The notes under the pieces were generated by a model, which was given only the letters and a program-made list of their open reading frames with translations, searched no databases and was not told the origin of the DNA. The translations under genes were made by a program, and so were the position numbers. From a virus (taxonomy: Duplodnaviria; Caudoviricetes), in IMG/VR virus record IMGVR_UViG_3300017911_001503, positions 1-44,206 of that record: a stretch of 44,206 nt of DNA. One strand, given 5' to 3'. Position 1 is the first letter of the stretch. Every line of letters begins with the position of its first letter. Shown one piece after another: positions 26,502 through 34,257 of this stretch.

Positions 26502-26568
26502 GAGCCGGTAATCGGAAAAAATGGGGCTCTGGGGGTGCTATGTGTAAGTGTAGTAGTAGCAAGGAGTT

Positions 26569-26609
26569 GTAATTGGGGTGTCTATAAGGGGAACCTTATG
26601 TACATAGGT
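26569..26609 (+). promoter_or_regulatory. Putative phage promoter plus palindromic site
   Basis: GTAATTGGGGTGTCTATAAGGGG followed by CCTTATGTACATAGG. Confidence 0.55.
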
Positions 26610-26809
26610 GTGCTCTGTGTCCTCTCCTACCGCCCATAGATCCATCGAAGATGTGACGATATGGCTGGCAGGGGGACGAAACAGAGGTTTACCTGTATAG
26701 GTTCTGGGATTCCTCCTTCGTAGTTCTCTTGCCCTACCATACGGTGCTCGGTATCACCCAATCTGCTAGCTACCCCCACTACGCCCCCTATTGGCACAGA
26801 AGCGCCGCC

Positions 26810-26944
26810 ATGGACAAGAAGCTCCAGCAGATCATCCGGGACCTCACGGCCTTCCTCGAGGAGCACAGCGAGGGACAGCCGTACCCTTGGAGGGAATCGG
26901 GGGACGAAGGACAGGAGGGTGCTCAGGATCACCCGATTACCTAG
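26810..26944 (+). CDS. Small hypothetical protein (44 aa)
   Basis: MDKKLQQIIRDLTAFLEEH...; downstream of the promoter copy. Confidence 0.45.
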   Translation: MDKKLQQIIRDLTAFLEEHSEGQPYPWRESGDEGQEGAQDHPIT

Positions 26945-27130
26945 TCAGGATTTTCTGTCACAAATTTGTGAAAGCCCCTTTTATCGTTAGACGCGCCGCG
27001 GTTCCCCCCGTACCCCCTAGCTCCCCCTGTAGCGCCCTTGTATTCGCCTGTGTCGCACGTTATTTCCCGGCGCGACCCTAGACTCATGGAAGCTTCGGAG
27101 TGCGCTAGCGGGGCTCACGGGAGGCCTCGA

Positions 27131-27215
27131 GGGGGTAGGGGTGTACCCTTAGGGGTTAGGGGGAGGTTAGGGGGACGTTAGGGAGGTTGGGGCGTTAGGT
27201 TGTATGTTAGGTAGG
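27131..27215. repeat. Array of degenerate GTTAGG(G) repeats
   Basis: ttaggggttagggggaggttagggggacgttagggaggttggggcgttagg. Confidence 0.8.
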
Positions 27216-27248
27216 TCCCGCTTTTTTGTATCGGGATCGTATGGGCAC

Positions 27249-27284
27249 AAAAAAGCCCCGCCGGGCTCAAAAGCCTAGCGGGGC
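27249..27284 (-). terminator. Rho-independent terminator for the minus-strand early block
   Basis: GCCCCGC..GGCT-loop-AGCC..GCGGGGC stem with A6 on the plus strand (U-tract on minus). Confidence 0.85.
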
Positions 27285-27304
27285 CAAGGTTAGGGACGAT
27301 GGAG

Positions 27305-27583
27305 CTACGCGAGGAGAGATACCGTCCACACTACGCACCCCCCGCCCTTGATGGTCTCAAGCGTATCCCCTTCGTCTACATACTGGATCCAGCGATCCTC
27401 GCCGGCCGCGGCTTCCCGGAGCCCCTCCAGTGTGATGTGCGAGGCGTAGCGATGGTAAAGGTATCCCTCGACCTCCTCCACATCCTCGAACACTTCATCC
27501 CAAGCTTCCCCGGGATCGTTCGCGTCCCCTGCCTCGATATCCTCTGGGGTCCATCGGCGGCGCGTGATACGTAGGCGGATCAT
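27305..27583 (-). CDS. Hypothetical acidic protein (92 aa)
   Basis: MIRLRITRRRWTPEDIEAGD...; ATGA-coupled, GGAGG upstream. Confidence 0.75.
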   Translation of the reverse strand: MIRLRITRRRWTPEDIEAGDANDPGEAWDEVFEDVEEVEGYLYHRYASHITLEGLREAAAGEDRWIQYVDEGDTLETIKGGGCVVWTVSLLA

Positions 27584-27759
27584 TGGGAAGCCTCCACGCG
27601 TTCCTCGGCTTGCGCCCGTTCTTCGGCTTGGAGCTTCATGTGCCAGCGAATGACCTGCTTTAGAGTTTTCCGAATCTTCGGATCGTCGGTCGCGTGATAA
27701 GCCCAGCCCAGGGCGGCCGATAGGGACGCGATTCGCGCCTGTTCGTTTGTCTGCTTCAT
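27580..27759 (-). CDS. Hypothetical protein (59 aa, not in ORF track)
   Basis: MKQTNEQARIASLSAALGWAYH...; ATGA overlaps at both ends. Confidence 0.7.
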   Translation of the reverse strand: MKQTNEQARIASLSAALGWAYHATDDPKIRKTLKQVIRWHMKLQAEERAQAEERVEASQ

Positions 27760-27992
27760 CGGGAAACCTCCCGCGGCACAATCTCCGCGTAATCGTAGTC
27801 CTCTTGGGCGAGCATAAGCCCCATCGGGCGCAGATAGTCCTCGAGCTCCAAGAGAGATAGGAACAGTCGACGATTATCGGGGCCGATTCCGGGATGGCTC
27901 GTCTCCCGCGCGGGATCCGCGGGATCCCCGTAGAGGACAAGCCACGATTGCGTGAGGGGGCTGTATCGAGTGTGTAGTTTGGTTTGCTTCAT
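27756..27992 (-). CDS. Hypothetical protein
   Basis: 78 aa, ATGA-coupled chain. Confidence 0.7.
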   Translation of the reverse strand: MKQTKLHTRYSPLTQSWLVLYGDPADPARETSHPGIGPDNRRLFLSLLELEDYLRPMGLMLAQEDYDYAEIVPREVSR

Positions 27993-28231
27993 CGGTCAAG
28001 ATTGGTTTCTAGGGTCCAACCGAGACGCTCCATGCGTTGAGCGCGATTTTGGTTTGCGATGGTGGCGGAGATTAGATAGGGGCTCCACCTGTGCTCTACA
28101 GGTTCGCCTGTATCCCTATCGGTGTAGCGGATCACGGATTCGGCTTTCCCGGAACGCGGGGTGCCGTCAACGTAAAGCCGCACGACCTCGAGGGGCCTAT
28201 CGGGGCGCGTAAGGGTATGGGTCAATCGCAT
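27989..28231 (-). CDS. Hypothetical protein
   Basis: 80 aa, coupled chain. Confidence 0.7.
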   Translation of the reverse strand: MRLTHTLTRPDRPLEVVRLYVDGTPRSGKAESVIRYTDRDTGEPVEHRWSPYLISATIANQNRAQRMERLGWTLETNLDR

Positions 28232-28320
28232 TGGTCAAGAAAGAAGGGGGCAAGGGCGCACAAGGCCAGAACGAGCACGGAGAGGACACAGAAAAGCACG
28301 GCGAGGATGTCAAAGATCAC
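28222..28320 (-). CDS. Small membrane peptide (32 aa, not in ORF track)
   Basis: GTGA-coupled; MIFDILAVLFCVLSVLVLALCALAPFFLDQCD, a single TM helix. Confidence 0.55.
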   Translation of the reverse strand: MIFDILAVLFCVLSVLVLALCALAPFFLDQCD

Positions 28321-28613
28321 GACACGGCCTCCCAAGAATCCCGCGCCGTCCACTCTCCGAGAACTAGCAGGGTGCCGCCAATCTGGGAAGGGTTGAGGGA
28401 GACGACCTTAGCGCCGTCAAGGTTCCAGCCGTGCTCCCGCAGCCAACGGCACGCCGTGCCGATAGCTCCCTTCTCCCCGTAATCGTAAGAGACTGTTTTG
28501 TGTTTCTCAATGATCCCCCAAGTGTCCGCAAGCTTGACGCGGGCGCCAAGGTGGTTCGTCGGGGGCAGGAAGCGGATCAGGATTCCGCGGGCGGATTCGA
28601 TAGTCTGCTGCAT
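28317..28613 (-). CDS. Phage early-type hypothetical protein
   Basis: I.IRFLPPTNHLGARVK motif (PTN..G.R.K type seen in phage early genes). Confidence 0.75.
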   Translation of the reverse strand: MQQTIESARGILIRFLPPTNHLGARVKLADTWGIIEKHKTVSYDYGEKGAIGTACRWLREHGWNLDGAKVVSLNPSQIGGTLLVLGEWTARDSWEAVS

Positions 28614-28768
28614 GGTTTCGAAGGTTTCGAGCTAGGCCGCGCACAATCGCGCGACACCTCTAGTATCGGACCGCGCCCTGATTTCTGACCGGATTTCCGG
28701 GAAATCCTCGAGCCCCTAAGCTACGCCCCCGCAAGCGTTTACGGGCACCGCTCGAGTTTTCGGGGGAT

Positions 28769-28831
28769 ACACTACAGGTGGTGCCCGCGGCCTACCGATG
28801 ACCCTAGATGTAGTGGCACTACATATAGTAT
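28769..28831. promoter_or_regulatory. Cluster of NrdR-box-like sites
   Basis: ACACTACAGGTGGTGC (28769), ACCCTAGATGTAGTGG (28801), GCACTACATATAGTAT (28816) versus consensus acaCwAtATaTwGtg. Confidence 0.5.
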
Positions 28832-28832
28832 G

Positions 28833-28898
28833 TGCCAAAATGACAGGCACTAGGGGTTGACCCTACCCTTAGGGGTTGACCCCACTGCCATTTTGGCA
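28833..28898. repeat. 14-bp inverted repeat enclosing a 13-bp direct repeat
   Basis: TGCCAAAATGACAG / CTGCCATTTTGGCA (1 mismatch) around two copies of TAGGGGTTGACCC. Confidence 0.8.
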
Positions 28899-28900
28899 GG

Positions 28901-28954
28901 TGTAGGTTCCGGTCTGTAGGTTCCGGTGTAGGTTCCGGTCTGTAGGTTCCGGTC
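28901..28954. repeat. Tandem repeat, 4 x TGTAGGTTCCGG(TC)
   Basis: Copies at 28901, 28915, 28927, 28941. Confidence 0.9.
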
Positions 28955-28980
28955 CTAACTACTGTAATCGCAGGCATTTG

Positions 28981-29028
28981 GAAATAGGGGTGTCAATAGA
29001 AGGGAGACACTCCCTTATGTACATAAGG
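28981..29028 (+). promoter_or_regulatory. Putative phage promoter plus perfect 16-bp palindrome
   Basis: GAAATAGGGGTGTCAATAGAAGGGAGA (SP6/T7-like ..ATAGAAG/GGGAGA end), then CCTTATGTACATAAGG at 29013-29028. Confidence 0.6.
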
Positions 29029-29138
29029 TCACCATATGACCACTGACGCCCACGGAATCCCATACCGCCGCGAAGCGGGAGAATGGAGAGGAGTGCCCGC
29101 CAGTGTCTACATATGTACCCCTCCTCCTCCATTCCCCC

Positions 29139-32100
29139 ATGTCTAGACGATACGACTTCCAGGACATCCTGAGGCGGTTCCAGCAGACGCAAGACCAGCG
29201 GTTCCGTGAACTCAGCGATGCTGTTGCGCGGCGCATTCTGGAGCTTCTCGGCGGCACCACTGTCCCCGACGACCCGCCCGATCCTCCCAGCGGCCTCACG
29301 GCCACCGACGACCAAGAGTTCCAGATCACCCTCGACTGGAACCCTGTAGCCACGGCGACGGGCTACAACGTGTACCGCTCGCCGGTCACGGAAAACAACT
29401 TCGCCCTGATCGGCAGCACCCCGGTCTCCGATTACGTTGACACGGGTCTGCCTGCGGACACCAGCTTCGACTACTACGTCACGGCCTACAACGGCGACGG
29501 CGAGTCGGACCCCAGCAGCACCGAGACGGGCACCAGCATTGACGGGAGCGCCCCCAGCCTCCCCGATACGCCTGCCAACTTCCGCACGACTTCCAACGAG
29601 AACCAAGTGGTGCTCGCGTGGGACGCCTTCACGGGTGGCACGGTGGCCTGCCGCATCGAGCGGTCGGTCGACCAACTGAACTGGACGGTGGTGGCGAACA
29701 CCTCGACCCTGACCTTCACGGACACCAACGTCTCCGTAGGCCAGACGTTCTACTACCGAGCCTACGGGGTCAACGCCACGGGTGTCACCTCGCCCGCCAC
29801 TGCGACCCTGACGGTCACTGTGGTCGACGGGGACACCACTGCGCCCCCTGTGCCTGTGCTGCTGTCGGGCATCCCGGCGAACCAGATGATCTCTGTGACT
29901 TGGGAAGGCGTCGTTGCGTCTGACCTTGCGGGCTACGAGATCGGGTGGGGCACCAGTTCGGGGACCTACACGAACACCTCCGATCTCATCACGGGTACGC
30001 AGGGGAACATCACGGGCCTGACGAACGGCACGCGGTACTACTTCGCTGTGCGTTCCGTGGACACGTCGCTGAACGAGAACAAGAGCGCGTGGTCTAACGA
30101 ACAGAGCGACATCGCTATTGACACGGCGGACCCCGGCACGACCCCGGACCCGCCCACGGCGCCCACGGGGCTGACCTCAACGTCTCCTGAGGTCAACCAG
30201 ATCCGAGTGCGGTTTACCCCTGGGCAGTCTTCGTTCCTCCGGCGGCACCGCCTGTACGCTCGGGTGAAGCCTGGGCAGACGATCCAAGGCAACCCCGTTG
30301 ACGGAACGTGGAGCCAGATCGACCAAGAGCTACAGCCTGCTACGGAGCTTGGCAAGGACGTTACTATCTTCCAAGGTAGTCTTGGCTACGAACTCAGCCC
30401 GGTGACGTGGCAGTTCTACGTCACGGCGGTGGACACCTACAACCAAGAGTCCGCACCCTCCGAGATCATCGAAGACATTGTCGACGGTGAAGACTGGGCC
30501 TTCGGTCCCGGCGGTGGCCCGATCGGCGGGCAGAACATCAACGGTGACACGGGCCTTGGGGCCAACCACCGTGCTCCGGGCTTCACGTTCGACTTCGCCA
30601 TTGACGTGTCGGACACGACGCAGTACGCGGGCGATGCAGTCGAGAGGGCCGCGGCGATCTTCAACAACCGGCGCAACCTCGACCCCAGCAACCCTGACTT
30701 CATCCAACTGTCGACGGACGACACGGCGCACATCGCCATCCTCCTGCCGACGGAGACGGTGAACAAGCGGCTGCACATCAACACTGGCGACACCAGCACG
30801 GGCGGCGAGCAAGCTCGTGAAGCTGCCAACTTCGACTTCGGCGGAGACCCTGGGTTCGAGTCGCAGATCGCCCTGCACTTCATCGGGCCTTGGGCGCAAG
30901 GCACCGACACGTTCCTTGAAGCACAGACCCGTATGCGCGACAACCCCGGCAGCGCCACACTGGGCTACAAGCGCACGTTCAAGGACTCAGACAACAAGTC
31001 TAAGTTCAACGACAACACGGGTGCAGACATCATCGTTGGCGACATCACGCGGCAGAACGCGGAAGGTGTCTTCTACTTCTGGAACTGGGACGTTGAAGTC
31101 AGCAGTAAGGACGGCATCCGTCTTGGCTCTGACGGCGACCGCGGCTCCGACTTCAAGTCGCACAAGTTCGACGTAGTCTTCAACCTGTGCAAGATCCACC
31201 AAGACGCGATCCTGCCCAAGGTGGAAGCCATCGGCCAGCGGGGTGTCACCGCGCGGTACATCCGCCCCTCGCTCATCGGTTGCTTCATCGACCTGCCCTG
31301 GCAGTCTGGTGCCGCCGTGCAGGCCCTCTCGCCTATGCGGGGCAGCTTCGCCGTGACGAACACTCGAGTCGCGCGGGCGGGCGGTGCAGCCTTCCAGATG
31401 TACACCCGTTCGACCTTCGACTCTGGGCTTCCCGCGGGCACCGACCCCGGCAGTCTCACGTTCACCGGAGTGCGTCACTGGGACGACTGGCCCACGATTA
31501 ACGACGGCATTGGCCGTGCCTCGGAAGCTGGTACGTTCTTCTTTGACCTCGGTGGCGTTGAACAGAACGTAACGCTTGCCGACTGTCACGTCATCGAGAC
31601 GAAGTCCGCGAACTTCCGCAGGCTTGCCGACTGGCCCCCTGGCGATCCGTATGACTGGCGTGTGTACACGACCTTTGTCCGGCAGACCAACTCGGCTCTG
31701 CGTATGCAGTACCTCGGCATCGAGCGCCCACTGGCGAGCGGCTACCGCACGGGCGCGATCAGCATGAGCAACTGCCTGTTCTACAGCAAGGTCCCGATCC
31801 GACCTGTTGTGGACATTGAGCACGCGAGCAGTATCACGCTGACCTCTGTCGGTGCGTTCACCGATGAACAGGCCGAGGTTCTGAGCTACGACAGCGCGGG
31901 CGTCTCGACTTCGCTGGGTGACTCCTCGCTGACTGGCTACCGTTACGGCAACAGCACCCCTTACAAGCCTGGGGGCGCCCCGTTCACCATCGGCGCTATG
32001 TCGGCTACCGGGCTCAACACCAACACCATGCGTAACACGCTGGCGAGTGCGTACTCGCTGACGGCGGCGGAAGTGGCTGTGGCGAACGCGGACATTGAGT

Positions 32101-33920
32101 TTGTGCCGGACACGGTCGATCACTTCGAGGTTACGGAGGATCACTCGTTCAACAGCTTCACGCCGCCGCACCAGTTGTTCCTACAGCCTGCGGGCCTCAA
32201 CCCCCCGGAGCCGCCGCCGACGCTGGAGCTTATCGATGCTATCGACATGTACGATCGCGGCCTGACGATGCCTCAGGCGAAGCTGGAGGCGATCCCGGCG
32301 CTGGTCGCATCGCGTTCGCCCCGCGCCGACGCCACCGGCAACGTCAACGTGCGCCGCTGGGCGTATCGTGGCCCCGGTACGGGCTACGCAGCCACGGGCG
32401 ACTGGCAGATCCACTTCGGCAACAACCTGAGCGGTCCTAGCACTAACCCCTACGTTCGCTTCGCGGATAACTTCTGCGTCATGCACCTTGAGGATGTGGA
32501 CCTGCGATTCCCCGGTTCTCAAAAGTGCTTTAGCTCCGACTACGAGACGAACAAGTACATCAGCAGCACCTGGGAGACCTCCACGGCCAACCAGAACCCT
32601 GCTGTGCCTAACGGGGAGGAAGATGTCTTCCCCCGTGAGGCGTCCGACAAGTGGGGAGCGCCGAACCCTGTGAAGGAGTACGTCACGAACTGCTACTTCG
32701 GGGACCACGGGGACCGTAGACGCTACGAAAGGCCGGAGTACTCAGGCAACGCCGGACTCAACTCGGATGTCAAGTGGGCTATCCGCCACAACGGGCTGGT
32801 CGACGTTACGTTCGAGAACTGCGACTGGCAGTACGTCCACCAAGAGCACGCCTGCTACTTCAACAGCATGGGTGATGCCGAGTGGCGTAACTGCACGTTC
32901 CGTGATATCGGATCGCAGGGCCTTCAGGTAGTCAACCGATCCGACAGCTGGGGGAAGAAGATCCACGACCCGAACGACGTGGAGAACCCTGAGTACTTCA
33001 ACGACGAGACGCGAGGCGGCAACCGCATCCTGCGGAACTGCCACTTCGCCGACGTGGGCAACTGGTCGAACCAGTCCCAGAACAAGTCCAGCGTCATCAA
33101 CTTCTACTCAGCGGGCTACCCGGACTCCCCGGCAGAGCTTGTGGCGATGGTGGACTGCTCGATCGTTACGGGGCTGACCTTCGCTGAATCCTCTGCGGAG
33201 CGGGCGGCTGCGGGCGACCCGGACACCTCGCCCTACTTCTTGCGGGATTCGCAAGGCGGTGACAAGCAGTCGTCGTCGCTGTTCGCCCTCATCCTAGAGG
33301 ACCAAGGCAGCCAAGCGGGCCAGCAACTGGACCCGACCCACGCAGAAAGCGGATCGGGGTCGGCTATCTCGGCCAAGCTGTTTAGGACCCCGTTCGCCAC
33401 TGCTGCCGCCGCTCGTGCCGACAACGCAGCAACGATGCACCAGATGGTGTACTTCAAGAACTGCTACTTCCACCAGCAGGACGCGGCGAACCCGATGTTC
33501 CGCTTCGACTCGTGCCACACGATCATCTTCGAGAACTGCGTGTTCATTCACGACGAGGTCTACGGCACGACGCAGAGAGCTTTCAGCATCGACTCCGGCC
33601 TGTCCGCCTACTGCGAGCCGGGTGCGTGGAACTACATGGCAGACGGTGACCTGCACGGCACCCACAACCTAATCTTCCGCAACTGCCGTGCGGAGATGCG
33701 GGATGTTACTGAAGGCCGCGTGGTCACTTCGACAAGCCCCATGAGCATTCGCTGGTCGCACGTCGAGACGGACGACATCTCCTTCATCGGGTTCGGAAAC
33801 TCGGTAAACCAAGAGTTGCACTTCAAGGGGCTTCAAGGGGGTCGGACGGAACCGATCCTAGACTACCAAGGCCCGATCGATCCCAACAGGCCCGGCTACA
33901 TCGCGCCGCCTGTGGTCTAA
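29139..33920 (+). CDS. Giant protein: about 4 fibronectin type III domains plus beta-helix regions (adhesin/depolymerase-like)
   Basis: PPSGLTAT..ITLDWNPV..ATGYNVYRS..YYVTAYN..GES FN3 repeats; C-terminal FENC/FRNC beta-helix turns; 1593 aa from ATG 29139. Confidence 0.85.
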   Translation: MSRRYDFQDILRRFQQTQDQRFRELSDAVARRILELLGGTTVPDDPPDPPSGLTATDDQEFQITLDWNPVATATGYNVYRSPVTENNFALIGSTPVSDYVDTGLPADTSFDYYVTAYNGDGESDPSSTETGTSIDGSAPSLPDTPANFRTTSNENQVVLAWDAFTGGTVACRIERSVDQLNWTVVANTSTLTFTDTNVSVGQTFYYRAYGVNATGVTSPATATLTVTVVDGDTTAPPVPVLLSGIPANQMISVTWEGVVASDLAGYEIGWGTSSGTYTNTSDLITGTQGNITGLTNGTRYYFAVRSVDTSLNENKSAWSNEQSDIAIDTADPGTTPDPPTAPTGLTSTSPEVNQIRVRFTPGQSSFLRRHRLYARVKPGQTIQGNPVDGTWSQIDQELQPATELGKDVTIFQGSLGYELSPVTWQFYVTAVDTYNQESAPSEIIEDIVDGEDWAFGPGGGPIGGQNINGDTGLGANHRAPGFTFDFAIDVSDTTQYAGDAVERAAAIFNNRRNLDPSNPDFIQLSTDDTAHIAILLPTETVNKRLHINTGDTSTGGEQAREAANFDFGGDPGFESQIALHFIGPWAQGTDTFLEAQTRMRDNPGSATLGYKRTFKDSDNKSKFNDNTGADIIVGDITRQNAEGVFYFWNWDVEVSSKDGIRLGSDGDRGSDFKSHKFDVVFNLCKIHQDAILPKVEAIGQRGVTARYIRPSLIGCFIDLPWQSGAAVQALSPMRGSFAVTNTRVARAGGAAFQMYTRSTFDSGLPAGTDPGSLTFTGVRHWDDWPTINDGIGRASEAGTFFFDLGGVEQNVTLADCHVIETKSANFRRLADWPPGDPYDWRVYTTFVRQTNSALRMQYLGIERPLASGYRTGAISMSNCLFYSKVPIRPVVDIEHASSITLTSVGAFTDEQAEVLSYDSAGVSTSLGDSSLTGYRYGNSTPYKPGGAPFTIGAMSATGLNTNTMRNTLASAYSLTAAEVAVANADIEFVPDTVDHFEVTEDHSFNSFTPPHQLFLQPAGLNPPEPPPTLELIDAIDMYDRGLTMPQAKLEAIPALVASRSPRADATGNVNVRRWAYRGPGTGYAATGDWQIHFGNNLSGPSTNPYVRFADNFCVMHLEDVDLRFPGSQKCFSSDYETNKYISSTWETSTANQNPAVPNGEEDVFPREASDKWGAPNPVKEYVTNCYFGDHGDRRRYERPEYSGNAGLNSDVKWAIRHNGLVDVTFENCDWQYVHQEHACYFNSMGDAEWRNCTFRDIGSQGLQVVNRSDSWGKKIHDPNDVENPEYFNDETRGGNRILRNCHFADVGNWSNQSQNKSSVINFYSAGYPDSPAELVAMVDCSIVTGLTFAESSAERAAAGDPDTSPYFLRDSQGGDKQSSSLFALILEDQGSQAGQQLDPTHAESGSGSAISAKLFRTPFATAAAARADNAATMHQMVYFKNCYFHQQDAANPMFRFDSCHTIIFENCVFIHDEVYGTTQRAFSIDSGLSAYCEPGAWNYMADGDLHGTHNLIFRNCRAEMRDVTEGRVVTSTSPMSIRWSHVETDDISFIGFGNSVNQELHFKGLQGGRTEPILDYQGPIDPNRPGYIAPPVV

Positions 33921-33932
33921 CAGGAGTGAGAT

Positions 33933-34238
33933 ATGACTGACAGACTGTCCCCGGAGGTCGAGGCAACGCTGCTTTCGATCCTCGGGGGCGGGCTGGCCTT
34001 GCTGGTCAGAGCCCTAAAAGAAGTTTGCTACCACAAGCCAAAGCGGCTCAGGCACCACGACCGTCTCAAGCGCGTCGAACGTGACCTGAACAAGCTGGCA
34101 TCTAATTTGCCCCCTGGTAAGGGGATCATGATCGAGGCGTGGGAGTTGGACAGTGCCGACATCGTCGAACTGACCTCTTGGGACTCGATCCACCTCAAGT
34201 ACCACGATCTAACCGCCGATAACAACGACGAAGGGTAG
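33933..34238 (+). CDS. Hypothetical protein with N-terminal TM helix
   Basis: AGGAG RBS; TLLSILGGGLALLV followed by a basic coiled segment. Confidence 0.7.
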   Translation: MTDRLSPEVEATLLSILGGGLALLVRALKEVCYHKPKRLRHHDRLKRVERDLNKLASNLPPGKGIMIEAWELDSADIVELTSWDSIHLKYHDLTADNNDEG

Positions 34239-34257
34239 GCCCTGCCACCCACCGCCT

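Noticed and set aside
26627-26932. 101-aa minus-strand ORF
   Set aside because: Antisense to the promoter copy and the 44-aa plus ORF; no recognisable features
26958-26971. TCACAAATTTGTGA as a CRP site
   Set aside because: Half-sites are in the opposite orientation and spacing to TGTGA-N6-TCACA
27305-27940. ORF-track 211-aa call, and similarly extended starts at 1088, 4988, 10207, 19104, 19249, 21412, 37322, 40358
   Set aside because: The extensions run through neighbouring genes; downstream ATGs with stop/start coupling fit better
28901-28954. Tandem repeats as a CRISPR array
   Set aside because: Units are 12-14 bp with no unique spacers, and no cas genes are present
29013-29041. Palindrome as a dif/att or protelomerase site (temperate lifestyle)
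   Set aside because: No integrase, protelomerase or repressor recognisable, and no match to the XerC/XerD arm layout
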